DNA of 60,681 bases from Sodaliphilus sp. (GCA_963643355.1 CAVIJE010000004.1:1-60681), one strand, 5' to 3'. Shown: positions 9,332 to 17,704, numbered from the stretch's first letter. A program made the numbers and translations. The notes: a model not told the origin generated them from the sequence alone.

Positions 9332-9607
9332 TTAATCTTTCAAAGAAGTTATCGGAACGATATACACGCCGTTATCGTCCTTATAAGCTAAATTGCCAAC
9401 GCCATAAATAGCACATTTCATAATCGGAGCTTTTCCGCCATTTTTAACGATGCTATCGCATACTCTAACTAAATTATTTGACGCTTCTTCTGCTTTATTG
9501 TTCCAAATTTGATTTGTATCATGACGACTATATTCAGGCAATTTATCATCAAACTGACCAAGATTAACCAATATAACTGACCAACTTTCACCAACTAAAC
9601 TGACCAA
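9332..9607 (-). pseudogene. Probable 3' remnant of a gene; N-terminus runs into a repeat array
   Basis: 91-aa ORF with only a TTG start and no internal Met before residue 63. Its first ~18 codons are encoded by the 23-bp repeats. I could not recognise the family. Confidence 0.3.
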
Positions 9608-9645
9608 GATTTACTAAAATAGCTGACCAATATTTTTATTTGAGT
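9554..9645. repeat. Four tandem 23-bp units with conserved CTGACCAA core (iteron-like)
   Basis: CTGACCAA occurs at 9554, 9577, 9600 and 9623, an exact 23-bp period. Units 1 and 3 share AAACTGACCAAGATT. ACCAA pentamers recur at alternating 10- and 13-bp spacing. Confidence 0.8.
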
Positions 9646-9879
9646 TATTTGAATCGTATCAATGTTCCTAGGAAGGTGGAGAAAAAACAGAAATTAAACC
9701 GCAATGAAATATATAAAAAACTAGATTGGAAGAAAAATATCACAAACAGAATTTGAATCTGTATAGTTTTTAGCAGTGAACACTTATTTATGCAGAAATC
9801 TTCGTCTAGTGGGCGATTAAAGAAATTTTCATTTTTCGATTTCTTTATTTTCATTCGCCAAATCATTGGTCCAAAAATA

Positions 9880-9910
9880 AGAAAAAGGTTTGATAGAATC
9901 CTATCAAACC
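9880..9910 (-). terminator. Terminator of the tRNA-Ala/tRNA-Met unit
   Basis: Perfect 10-bp stem GGTTTGATAG/CTATCAAACC with a 4-nt loop, followed on the minus strand by TTTTTC. Confidence 0.8.
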
Positions 9911-9922
9911 TATGTTTTCTTG

Positions 9923-9999
9923 TGGTGGCTAAGGGGGGACTCGAACCCTCGACATATCGGGTATGAGCCGATTGCTCTAACCAACTGGGCTACTTAGCC
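9923..9999 (-). tRNA. tRNA-Met (CAT); lysidine-modified tRNA-Ile2 not excluded
   Basis: 77-nt cloverleaf GGCTAAG...CTTAGCC-ACCA. The anticodon stem is ATCGG/CCGAT with loop CTCATAC. The T-loop is TTCGAGT and CCA is encoded. Confidence 0.85.
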
Positions 10000-10004
10000 A
10001 TAAA

Positions 10005-10080
10005 TGGTGGAACTTACCAGGCTCGAACTGGCGACCCCCTGCTTGCAAAGCAGGTGCTCTCCCAACTGAGCTAAAGTCCC
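10005..10080 (-). tRNA. tRNA-Ala (TGC)
   Basis: 76 nt, GGGACTTTAGCTCAGTTGGGAGAGC..., with the G3:U70 Ala identity pair. The anticodon loop is TTTGCAA and CCA is encoded. Confidence 0.95.
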
Positions 10081-10107
10081 ATACATCCGCTCTAATGAGC
10101 GGTGTTT

Positions 10108-10135
10108 ATTATACCAAATGATTTGAATACTGCAA
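10108..10135 (-). promoter_or_regulatory. Sigma-70-type promoter for the tRNA pair
   Basis: Minus strand: TTGCAG, 16 nt, TGG-TATAAT (extended -10). It sits between the rnfB stop and tRNA-Ala. Confidence 0.6.
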
Positions 10136-10140
10136 GTAAA

Positions 10141-10467
10141 TTATTCACTTACTTCAGTAATTTTTCCATCTGGGCCAGGAGTTGCTTTCATATAAGCGAC
10201 AATTGGATCGAAATTTTTCTCTTTCTTTCCAACTTTGCAAGCCGTAACCTTCTTAGCATTTCCCGAAACTAAAGCTTCGGCTAAATCATGGCAGCCAGCA
10301 TAACCACAGGCGCCGCAATTAGCGCCAGGAAGCATGTTCTCAACTTCTTTGATGCGCTTATCTTCTTCAACGTGCAAGAATTTAGCAGCTAAAGCAAGAA
10401 GGAAGCCAAGGACTAAACCAAGACCGGCAAGGACTAGAACGCCCCATAATATCGTAATTGGATCCAT
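10141..10467 (-). CDS. rnfB: Truncated-type RnfB: membrane anchor plus N-terminal Fe-S domain only
   Basis: 108 aa with N-terminal TM ILWGVLVLAGLGLVLGFLLALAA and the Cys cluster CGACGYAGC...C typical of the RnfB N-domain. There are no CxxCxxCxxxCP ferredoxin repeats. Confidence 0.75.
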   Translation of the reverse strand: MDPITILWGVLVLAGLGLVLGFLLALAAKFLHVEEDKRIKEVENMLPGANCGACGYAGCHDLAEALVSGNAKKVTACKVGKKEKNFDPIVAYMKATPGPDGKITEVSE

Positions 10468-10472
10468 ACTAA

Positions 10473-10688
10473 TTATTCTCCTTTATCTTCTTTGTGAAAT
10501 TCCTCAAAAAATGGGCAATTTGTTTTTTGACAATTTGGACACATCTCTGGATCAGGCTTGACATCTTCGCATCCCTTAGGAGCGGGCGTTCTTTTATAGG
10601 CTACGAAGCTAATAAAGAAGACCGCTAATAAGAAGATGATAATGGCAATGCTGATAATGATATAGACGTATCTTGGCATATTAAGCAA
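10473..10688 (-). CDS. Small TM protein with Cys-rich tail, embedded in the rnf operon
   Basis: 71 aa with one TM (YIIISIAIIIFLLAVFFISFVAY). The tail is CEDVKPDPEMCPNCQKTNCPFF, four Cys. It overlaps the rnfA stop by 8 nt. Confidence 0.6.
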   Translation of the reverse strand: MLNMPRYVYIIISIAIIIFLLAVFFISFVAYKRTPAPKGCEDVKPDPEMCPNCQKTNCPFFEEFHKEDKGE

Positions 10689-11271
10689 TCATTCCGCTTA
10701 AACCCATTATTGCCATAGCCATGATGGCAGCGGTAATAAGGGCTAAAGGAAGACCTTTCCACGCCTTTGGCGAATCAGATCCTTCTAATCTAACGCGGAT
10801 GGTTGAGAAGAGAACGATCATAATAAGGAAGCCTAAGCTTGTGCCGATAGCATTAGCCATCGAGGAAGCGAAAGAAAGACTATTATTTTCTTGAACAACG
10901 CCAAGAACTGCGCAGTTTGTCGTAATCAAAGGAAGATAGATACCAAGGCTCTTATAGAGTGATGGCGAATATTTTTTGATGACAAGTGCGACTAATTGAA
11001 CCAAAGATGCAATAACAAGGATGTAGACAATGGTATCTAAGAAAGATAAGCCAGCTGGAACAAGGATGTAATTGTAAATTGGATAACAGACTAGTGATGC
11101 AAGCATGATGACAAAGACGACTGCAACACCCATGCCTGCGGATGATTTAACCTTGGTGGAAACGCCAAGATAAGAACAAATGCCATAGAATCTTGAAAGA
11201 ACGACGTTATTAATAAGCATCGATGAGATGATGGCTAGCAAAAATGCCGTGAATAAATTTGTGGCTGTCAT
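10681..11271 (-). CDS. rnfA: Rnf complex subunit A
   Basis: 196 aa, polytopic, with the signature GIYLPLITTNCAVLGV. Confidence 0.9.
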   Translation of the reverse strand: MTATNLFTAFLLAIISSMLINNVVLSRFYGICSYLGVSTKVKSSAGMGVAVVFVIMLASLVCYPIYNYILVPAGLSFLDTIVYILVIASLVQLVALVIKKYSPSLYKSLGIYLPLITTNCAVLGVVQENNSLSFASSMANAIGTSLGFLIMIVLFSTIRVRLEGSDSPKAWKGLPLALITAAIMAMAIMGLSGMIA

Positions 11272-12029
11272 TATTTTGCCTCCTTAGCTACTTGAACGGA
11301 TGCTTTAGCAAGAGCAGCTTTTTTTTCTTCTTGAGCCTTAAGAAGAGCAGCTTTCTTAGCAGCCGCAGCCTTATTGGCCTTAGAAATATTTACACAAGCG
11401 ATTATCGCCTCAATTACGCCATAAACGATAAAGCCACCGGCTGGTTTGCTAAATAAAGGAATCGATAAATCTACATCGCCGAATTTAAGTATTGGAAGTT
11501 CTGTCTTAGGAATAAAGGTGAATACTGCACCAATTGAAATAACGCCTGTGCCTAAAATTTCACGAACAGCAGCGATAATTAAGATGGCGATGATATAGCC
11601 AATACCGTTTCCTAAAGCGTCTAAGAATGAATCATAAACGGTATTTTTCTTAGCAAAAGCTTCCGCTCTTCCTAAAACAATACAGTTAACGACAAGTAAG
11701 GAAATAAAGACGCCAAGCGAAGTATAAAGTTCCGGAAGGAAGGCTTCCGCAACCATCTTAACGATAGTAACGAAGGTTGCGATGATTATGATATAAGCTG
11801 GCGTTTCGATTTCTTCAGGAATCAATTTTCTTAATAAGGAAACCAAAACTGAGGAACCAATAAGAACAAAGGTGAAAAGTAAACCCATGCCAATGGCGTT
11901 TTCGATCGTGGTGGTGACAGCTAATGCTGGACATGTTCCAAGAAGTAAGACAAATAATGGATTTGCTTTCCAAATAGGATTAAGGAAGTTCTCTTTATGT
12001 TGGGAACGTGCAATAGAATTTGTTGACAT
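11271..12029 (-). CDS. rnfE: Rnf complex subunit E, with Ala/Lys-rich C-terminal tail
   Basis: 252 aa with LGTCPALAVTT and LVVNCIVLGRAEAFA. There is an unusual ~40-aa tail, KANKAAAAKKAALLKAQEEKKAALAKA. Confidence 0.9.
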   Translation of the reverse strand: MSTNSIARSQHKENFLNPIWKANPLFVLLLGTCPALAVTTTIENAIGMGLLFTFVLIGSSVLVSLLRKLIPEEIETPAYIIIIATFVTIVKMVAEAFLPELYTSLGVFISLLVVNCIVLGRAEAFAKKNTVYDSFLDALGNGIGYIIAILIIAAVREILGTGVISIGAVFTFIPKTELPILKFGDVDLSIPLFSKPAGGFIVYGVIEAIIACVNISKANKAAAAKKAALLKAQEEKKAALAKASVQVAKEAK

Positions 12030-12040
12030 ATCTCTCCTCC

Positions 12041-13486
12041 TTATTTCTTATAAAGATCCACGGCTTTTTGAATGCCTCTCCATACCGCATTCAAGGTATA
12101 GGTTGCACCAGTTTTAGCGCCTGGTTCTTTTCCGTCGAAGTTATTAAGATAATCATTGATTGTCTTTATTTGACCTGCACCACCAGTTGACCTAAGAGTT
12201 GCAAGTTTGCCTAAGAGCGGATCATCTTTTTCGCCAGATATGGCAAGTAAGAAAGTCGTATGGGATTCGATATCAGCATAAATGCCTTTGGAGGCGTTTT
12301 CTTTCTCGGCCATATCAACGTTAATCTTATAAATCTTTCCTACTTCTTCTGTCTTTTCTTCATCAGAATAAAGTGTCCAGTAACGGAGAACTTTTTCCTT
12401 ATCCGTTGAAGCTTCTAAGACTGTAGCCTCGGAAATAGCTTTATAGGCAGACGAAGAGACAATTGTTGGAATGGCATTAACGCATGTTTGAAGACCGTTG
12501 GCCTTTAAATCATTATAAGCGTCAGTAACCATTGACTTTATCGCTTCGCAATATGTGCCTGAAGCCGTGTTAAGAACTTCTTCGGATGGATTGGCATTAT
12601 ATTTCGTGACGAAATCTTCGACAGTTTTCTTTGTTGTCTCATCTTCGATTGTGTTATTTGTTATTGTCAATTTTCCATAATCGTTAGAATTAAAGCCAAC
12701 AGTGATATAGAGGTTTCCGCCTGCATCTTTGAATTTGCAAGCATATAAACGGCCGATTTCACCAGTCATCGTTTCATCTTCTAAGAAGGTGTAGGTCTTT
12801 TTGATGGTGTCAGATGAGCCAGAATACACAGAGGTTGTGGAATATGAAACGTTATATCCATTATTCTCTCCCCAAATGGCTTTAACATCTTCTTCAAGAT
12901 TTTCGATAAAGCCATCGCCTAAGGTTGAATAATGATCTCTAGCGGCGTTAATCATGCTTTGTAAGGTCGTTGAAGCGTATGTCGCACCACATTTAACATT
13001 ATTTAACGTTGCATCTGATGGATTGGCATTATATGGTTCAACGTATTTAGGTTCAAAAACGTTCTTATAGGAAATCGTGTCTTTGACTAAATAAACCTTT
13101 CCTAAGCTTGGAGTATCGTTACTTCCTGAAATGCCGACCATTGCTTGGATATCGCCATACCCATGAACGTCGGTCACCTTTGAAGTGTAAACGTAGCCCA
13201 ATTCATTATTCGATGAATCGTAAATGATTTCATAGGAATCTAAATAAGCATTTTCTTCGATTGCTACCTTATCGGATTTATGATCGTAGGCAGAGAAGAT
13301 AGATAGATATCCTGCGCCTGCTTTTTTAAGATTGTTCTTTTCAATAATTGGGGAAGTCACTAAATTAAGCGAAGTAAGAATGATCGCTGAGCCACCGGCG
13401 ATGGCGCATAATATTCCACCGACTTTCAACCAATTCAGAACTTCCTTGCTGTTTGTTTTTTCTTTTGCCATATTATTACGCTCCAA
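12041..13486 (-). CDS. rnfG: Rnf subunit G with three tandem FMN-binding-type domains
   Basis: 481 aa against ~200 aa for typical RnfG. One N-terminal TM is followed by three ~140-aa modules. They end in NANPSDATLNNVKCGATYAS, NANPSEEVLNTASGTYCEA and GAKTGATYTL, which are [S/T]GA[T]-like flavinylation motifs. Confidence 0.8.
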   Translation of the reverse strand: MERNNMAKEKTNSKEVLNWLKVGGILCAIAGGSAIILTSLNLVTSPIIEKNNLKKAGAGYLSIFSAYDHKSDKVAIEENAYLDSYEIIYDSSNNELGYVYTSKVTDVHGYGDIQAMVGISGSNDTPSLGKVYLVKDTISYKNVFEPKYVEPYNANPSDATLNNVKCGATYASTTLQSMINAARDHYSTLGDGFIENLEEDVKAIWGENNGYNVSYSTTSVYSGSSDTIKKTYTFLEDETMTGEIGRLYACKFKDAGGNLYITVGFNSNDYGKLTITNNTIEDETTKKTVEDFVTKYNANPSEEVLNTASGTYCEAIKSMVTDAYNDLKANGLQTCVNAIPTIVSSSAYKAISEATVLEASTDKEKVLRYWTLYSDEEKTEEVGKIYKINVDMAEKENASKGIYADIESHTTFLLAISGEKDDPLLGKLATLRSTGGAGQIKTINDYLNNFDGKEPGAKTGATYTLNAVWRGIQKAVDLYKK

Positions 13487-14627
13487 AATTATAGCCAGTC
13501 ATGCACCAGGCAAAGATTCCTAAGGCCAAAACGGCGATAGAGGCGATACTAACCCAGCTCTTCCAAGTGAATTTGACTTGGCTCCATTTGTAATAATCGA
13601 TAAAGCAGCCGATTGCATTGCCCATAAGGATGGCATAAGCCATTCCTTCAGGCGCTGAAGCAAAGGTGCGGATAAACACAACGATAATAGCAATGATCAT
13701 GCCATACATAACTCTTGATGGAGAAGTTAGAGGCATCGTAACTGGCTCGATAATCATATAAGCCATACCGAAAATAACCCCGCCAGATAAAAGTTGATAC
13801 AAGGCATAATATAGAGGATTGACATTCTTACCAAGCATGAACAATCCTGCAATCAAGCTCATCGCTAAGAAGGTTAGCAAGAATGAAAGAACGACTTTCC
13901 AATCAGCATCTCTTCTTATTAATAAATAAACAAGGCCAATAAGTAGAGGAATCTTGCAAGATTCGCCAATTCCGCCATTAATTTGGCCAAAGAATAAAGA
14001 GGAAATGTTTTCTAAACTATAGGCTGACGCATTGAATCCATTAGCTAAAGATGTTGCATCAGAGGTAAAGGAGGCGGCACTTCCTAAGAAAGAAATGTTA
14101 AATGGATTGTAGTGATAAGCACCGCTGAATTTGCCATTGAAGCAAACTAGAAGGAAAACAAAGGAGACAGCCGCAGGATTGAAAATATTCTTTCCTAATC
14201 CGCCAAAGCAAAGTTTTCCAAAAATGATGCCAAAAAGAGAAGAAACGATGAGAATGTAATAAATAAGCCATTCTGGATCGGTATCTCTATTTTGAACCAT
14301 TAAGCCAAAGATGATGCCGGAAATTATTGGCGAAAGAATATCGGTAAGGTTTAAAACTTGCCAGAAATTCTTCTTTGTTTTTTCATCTTTGCTAAATAAG
14401 GCCTTGCGGTTTTTTATAAGCACGAAAACCATCTCTGAGGCAAGCATCGTAAAAACTGGAATCAAAACGTTCCTGATCGCATACACCCCATAGGCTAAAA
14501 ACGTGAAAATTAAGGTAGGAGCTAAGGCAATGATGACATCAATAAGCATCCATTCGACAGATTGCTTATGGACTTTCTTTGGCATTGCTTCTACTTGAGT
14601 TTCTTTTTTAATAACTTCTTCTGCCAT
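13476..14627 (-). CDS. rnfD: Rnf complex subunit D
   Basis: 383 aa, polytopic, NqrB/RnfD-like. A candidate FMN site is SFTSDATSL. It overlaps rnfG by 11 nt. Confidence 0.9.
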   Translation of the reverse strand: MAEEVIKKETQVEAMPKKVHKQSVEWMLIDVIIALAPTLIFTFLAYGVYAIRNVLIPVFTMLASEMVFVLIKNRKALFSKDEKTKKNFWQVLNLTDILSPIISGIIFGLMVQNRDTDPEWLIYYILIVSSLFGIIFGKLCFGGLGKNIFNPAAVSFVFLLVCFNGKFSGAYHYNPFNISFLGSAASFTSDATSLANGFNASAYSLENISSLFFGQINGGIGESCKIPLLIGLVYLLIRRDADWKVVLSFLLTFLAMSLIAGLFMLGKNVNPLYYALYQLLSGGVIFGMAYMIIEPVTMPLTSPSRVMYGMIIAIIVVFIRTFASAPEGMAYAILMGNAIGCFIDYYKWSQVKFTWKSWVSIASIAVLALGIFAWCMTGYNFGA

Positions 14628-14639
14628 AAAATCACCTCA

Positions 14640-14888
14640 TTAAGGAAGCTTTGCAACAACTTTTGCCCTTTTAACTATTGTTGCTAAGTCAATGTTGCTA
14701 GGACATGCTTCATTGCATTTCTTGCATTCATCGCAAATGGTTGGATTAAGCAATTTAACCCTTGCCTTGTCCACTGGCATCGTCTTCATCGTCGTCATAA
14801 TAAGAACGGGATTAAGACCAAGTGGGCATTTTTGAATACAGCGAGCGCAACGAATACAAGCCTGAGCGCTTTTTTTACTCGTTTCCAT
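14640..14888 (-). CDS. 82-aa 2x[4Fe-4S] ferredoxin corresponding to the C-terminal module of RnfC only
   Basis: Contains CIRCARCIQKCP and CDECKKCNEACP. It is the first gene of the rnf operon. No NADH/FMN-binding region precedes it, and only 135 bp separate it from purB. Confidence 0.75.
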   Translation of the reverse strand: METSKKSAQACIRCARCIQKCPLGLNPVLIMTTMKTMPVDKARVKLLNPTICDECKKCNEACPSNIDLATIVKRAKVVAKLP

Positions 14889-14957
14889 ATTGAAAAAATC
14901 CTTTCAGAACACTTTTATTTTACTTCGTAAATTGCTTAATGTTAAACTCAAAAAGTA

Positions 14958-14999
14958 TTAAAAAAGTTAGGTTTCTTCGAAGTTTGAGGAGCCTAACTT
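14958..14999 (-). terminator. purB terminator
   Basis: Minus strand: AAGTTAGG, loop, CCTAACTT, then TTTTAA. Confidence 0.6.
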
Positions 15000-15023
15000 A
15001 AAGTCAATTTATGTATAAAGATG

Positions 15024-16319
15024 CTATTTAATGCCTATTTTTGAATAAATATAATCAATATTTTTAAAGTAATATTCATTCGAAGTTAGTCCATGTATAT
15101 CTTTTTCGCTTAGATAAGATAAAACATCTTTATTTTGTAGCAATTGAGATATGAAATCCTCGCCTTTCGTTACGGAATTCATTGCTAAAGGCTGGACTAA
15201 ATCGTAAGCGTTTTCCCTGCTTAAACCCTTCTCGATTAAGGCATTCATAGCTCTTTGAGAATAGATAGCCCCATTCGTTTTCATGATATTTTCTTCCATC
15301 TTTTTTGGGAAAATGGAAAGATTATCGATCACCTTTTTAGCGCGTAGCAACATATAATCGAATAATTCGATCATATCGATAAGAGAAACTCTTTCAACTA
15401 TCGAATGAGAAATGTCTCTTTCATGGTAAAGGGCGTTGTCTTCAAGAATCGGTAAGAGATATCCCCTCATCATTCTTGCGGCACCAGTAAGGTTTTCTGA
15501 AGAGATAGGGTTTCTTTTTTGTGGCATTGCGCTTGAGCCTTTTTGGCCTTTTTTGAAGCCTTCTTCAAGTTCTCCTATCTCAGTACGCGATAAATTTCTT
15601 ATCTCTACGGCTATTTTTTCAATGAGGGAGGAGGCGATGGTTAAAGCCGAGGCGTATTGCTCATGACGGTCTCTAGAAAGGACTTGCGTGGAGATATTTG
15701 GTTTGCTTAAATCGAATTTATCCGCCACATATTCTTCAATTCTTGGATCGATATTAGCATATGTTCCAACGGCACCTGATAGTTTTACCGCCTCAATTTC
15801 TTTTCTTGCATCTTTAAAAAGAGTCAAAGAACGATTTGCCTCATCATAAAAGGAGGCGAACTTCAAACCAAAAGAATATACTTCCGCATGCATGCCGTGC
15901 GTTCTAGCGATGCAAGGCTGATATTTATATTCAAGAGCTTTCTCCTTTAAGGAATCCATCAGGGACATGTAGTCGTTTTCGATGATTTCGTTAGCCTTTT
16001 TATATAATAAGGAAAGAGAAGTATCTACGACATCAGTCGAGGTAAGACCATAATGTATCCATTTTCTTTCTTCGCCTAAGGTTTCAGAAATTTGGCGAGT
16101 GAAAGCAACGACATCATGACGCGTTATTTCTTCTATTTCTTTGATGCGTTTGACATCTACTTTTGCCTTTTCTTTGATTTTCTTTAAATCTTCAGAAGGA
16201 ACGACGCCAATTTTATTCCACGCCTCACTAACGGCTATTTCGATTTCTAGATACGTTTCAAAACGTGATTCATCGGAGAAAAGATCAACAATCTTTTTCG
16301 GGGCGTAACGCTCAATCAT
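15024..16319 (-). CDS. purB: Adenylosuccinate lyase
   Basis: 431 aa, fumarate-lyase fold, with signature GSSAMPQKRNP. Confidence 0.95.
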   Translation of the reverse strand: MIERYAPKKIVDLFSDESRFETYLEIEIAVSEAWNKIGVVPSEDLKKIKEKAKVDVKRIKEIEEITRHDVVAFTRQISETLGEERKWIHYGLTSTDVVDTSLSLLYKKANEIIENDYMSLMDSLKEKALEYKYQPCIARTHGMHAEVYSFGLKFASFYDEANRSLTLFKDARKEIEAVKLSGAVGTYANIDPRIEEYVADKFDLSKPNISTQVLSRDRHEQYASALTIASSLIEKIAVEIRNLSRTEIGELEEGFKKGQKGSSAMPQKRNPISSENLTGAARMMRGYLLPILEDNALYHERDISHSIVERVSLIDMIELFDYMLLRAKKVIDNLSIFPKKMEENIMKTNGAIYSQRAMNALIEKGLSRENAYDLVQPLAMNSVTKGEDFISQLLQNKDVLSYLSEKDIHGLTSNEYYFKNIDYIYSKIGIK

Positions 16320-17599
16320 TAGAAAAGCTCCTTACGAATGATTGTTTCTTCTCTGTCTGGTCCAACGGAAACTATGGCAAAATAAATTCCGGTAATTTCC
16401 TCGATTTTCTTAATGTAATTTTGGGCGTTAAGAGGAAGTTCTTCAAAACGTCTGCATTTAGAAATGTCTTCTTTCCAGGATGGCATGGAAATATAAATAG
16501 GTTCGATTTTGCCTACTTCTTTAACGGTTGATGGCATACTATCAATCTCTTTGCCGTTGATTTTATAGCCAACGCAAAGTTTTATTTCATCAACTGCAGA
16601 TAAAACATCTAAGAGCATTAAGGCCGAATATTTAACGCCTGTTATACGCATAACGTATTTAAGTTCAGCTAAATCTAGCCAGCCAATTCTTCTTGGACGT
16701 TTAGTAACCGTGCCATATTCATGGCCTTTTTCTCTAATTGCATCTCCTTCTTCATTATCAATTTCAGAAGGGAATGGACCTGCGCCAACACGGGTGCAAT
16801 ATGCTTTTGCGATGCCGCAAATCGTATTAACTGAATCTAGTGGTAAACCGGCATTAAGCGGAATGGCGGTTGCTAAAGGCGAAGATGATGTAACATAAGG
16901 ATAGGTTCCATGAGTAATGCAAAGCATCGCGCCTTGTGCTCCTTCGAATAAAACTTTCTTTCCTTCTTTAATGGCTTTTTCTAAGAACAAAGATGTATCG
17001 GTAATCAAAGAAGAAAGTCTTTCTCTTGCTGGTTCTAAATATTCCAAAAGTTCATCAATGTTATATTCTTTCGCCCCAAAAGCCTTAAGTTCAAGATTCT
17101 TTAAAGGAAGAACTTCTTCTAACCTCTCTTTTAAGTATTCTTTGTCGATTATATCACCCATTCTTAAGCCTAAGCGTGAGGCTTTATCTTCATATGAAGG
17201 GCCAATTCCTCTTCCGGTTGTACCGATTTTAGCGTTTCCTAGGGCCGTTTCTCTAGCTTTATCTAAGGCAATATGATAAGGCATAACAAGAGTTGCACGA
17301 TTAGAGATAAGCAATTTGATATCTTCGATGCCTTGTTCTTTTAAAGAATCAAGTTCCTCAATAAGTCCTATTGGGTTAACGGTTACCCCATCGGCGATAA
17401 CGTTTGTGATTTCCTTATGAAATACGCCAGAAGGCAAAAGCCTTAATGCGTAGCGTTTTCCACCATAAACAATCGAGTGTCCAGCGTTATTTCCGCCTTG
17501 TGAACGAACAACGACATCAGCAAATGAAGAAAAATAGTCTGTGACCTTTCCCTTTCCTTCATCGCCCCATTGCATCCCTTGAATTGCGAGAGTTGACAT
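16319..17599 (-). CDS. purA: Adenylosuccinate synthetase
   Basis: 426 aa with QWGDEGKGK, GTTGRGIGP and GTVTKRPRRIGWLD. Its stop overlaps the purB start by 1 nt. Confidence 0.95.
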   Translation of the reverse strand: MSTLAIQGMQWGDEGKGKVTDYFSSFADVVVRSQGGNNAGHSIVYGGKRYALRLLPSGVFHKEITNVIADGVTVNPIGLIEELDSLKEQGIEDIKLLISNRATLVMPYHIALDKARETALGNAKIGTTGRGIGPSYEDKASRLGLRMGDIIDKEYLKERLEEVLPLKNLELKAFGAKEYNIDELLEYLEPARERLSSLITDTSLFLEKAIKEGKKVLFEGAQGAMLCITHGTYPYVTSSSPLATAIPLNAGLPLDSVNTICGIAKAYCTRVGAGPFPSEIDNEEGDAIREKGHEYGTVTKRPRRIGWLDLAELKYVMRITGVKYSALMLLDVLSAVDEIKLCVGYKINGKEIDSMPSTVKEVGKIEPIYISMPSWKEDISKCRRFEELPLNAQNYIKKIEEITGIYFAIVSVGPDREETIIRKELF

Positions 17600-17704
17600 A
17601 CAAAAATCCTTCTTTCAATAATTACGTAATAAGGATTTCGCTTATTACTTATAAAGTCTATTATCTTTTTTGAAAAAATAAAGAGGCTTTTATTTTCTAA
17701 GAAA

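Noticed and set aside
9645-9866. 73-aa minus-strand ORF between the repeat array and the tRNA terminator.
   Set aside because: It has a Phe/Ile/Lys-rich low-complexity translation typical of AT-rich non-coding DNA, with no RBS.
1-9922. The left block as an intact prophage, ICE or genomic island integrated at tRNA-Met.
   Set aside because: No integrase, transposase, phage structural or conjugation genes are present. I found no direct repeat of the tRNA 3' end. Only the accessory-type gene content and the repeat array with a gene remnant hint at past mobility.
14889-15023. The short RnfC-like ORF might be the tail of a frameshifted full-length rnfC pseudogene.
   Set aside because: Only 135 bp separate it from the purB stop, and they contain a terminator and promoter-like sequence. 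No room or ORF fragments exist for the ~350 missing codons.
17600-17704. A possible purine riboswitch or PurR box in the purA leader.
   Set aside because: The ~100-nt leader lacks the conserved purine-aptamer core (the P1/J1-2 UAUAAU..., the loop-loop motifs and the CCGACUAUG-like 3' strand). I saw no convincing PurBox.
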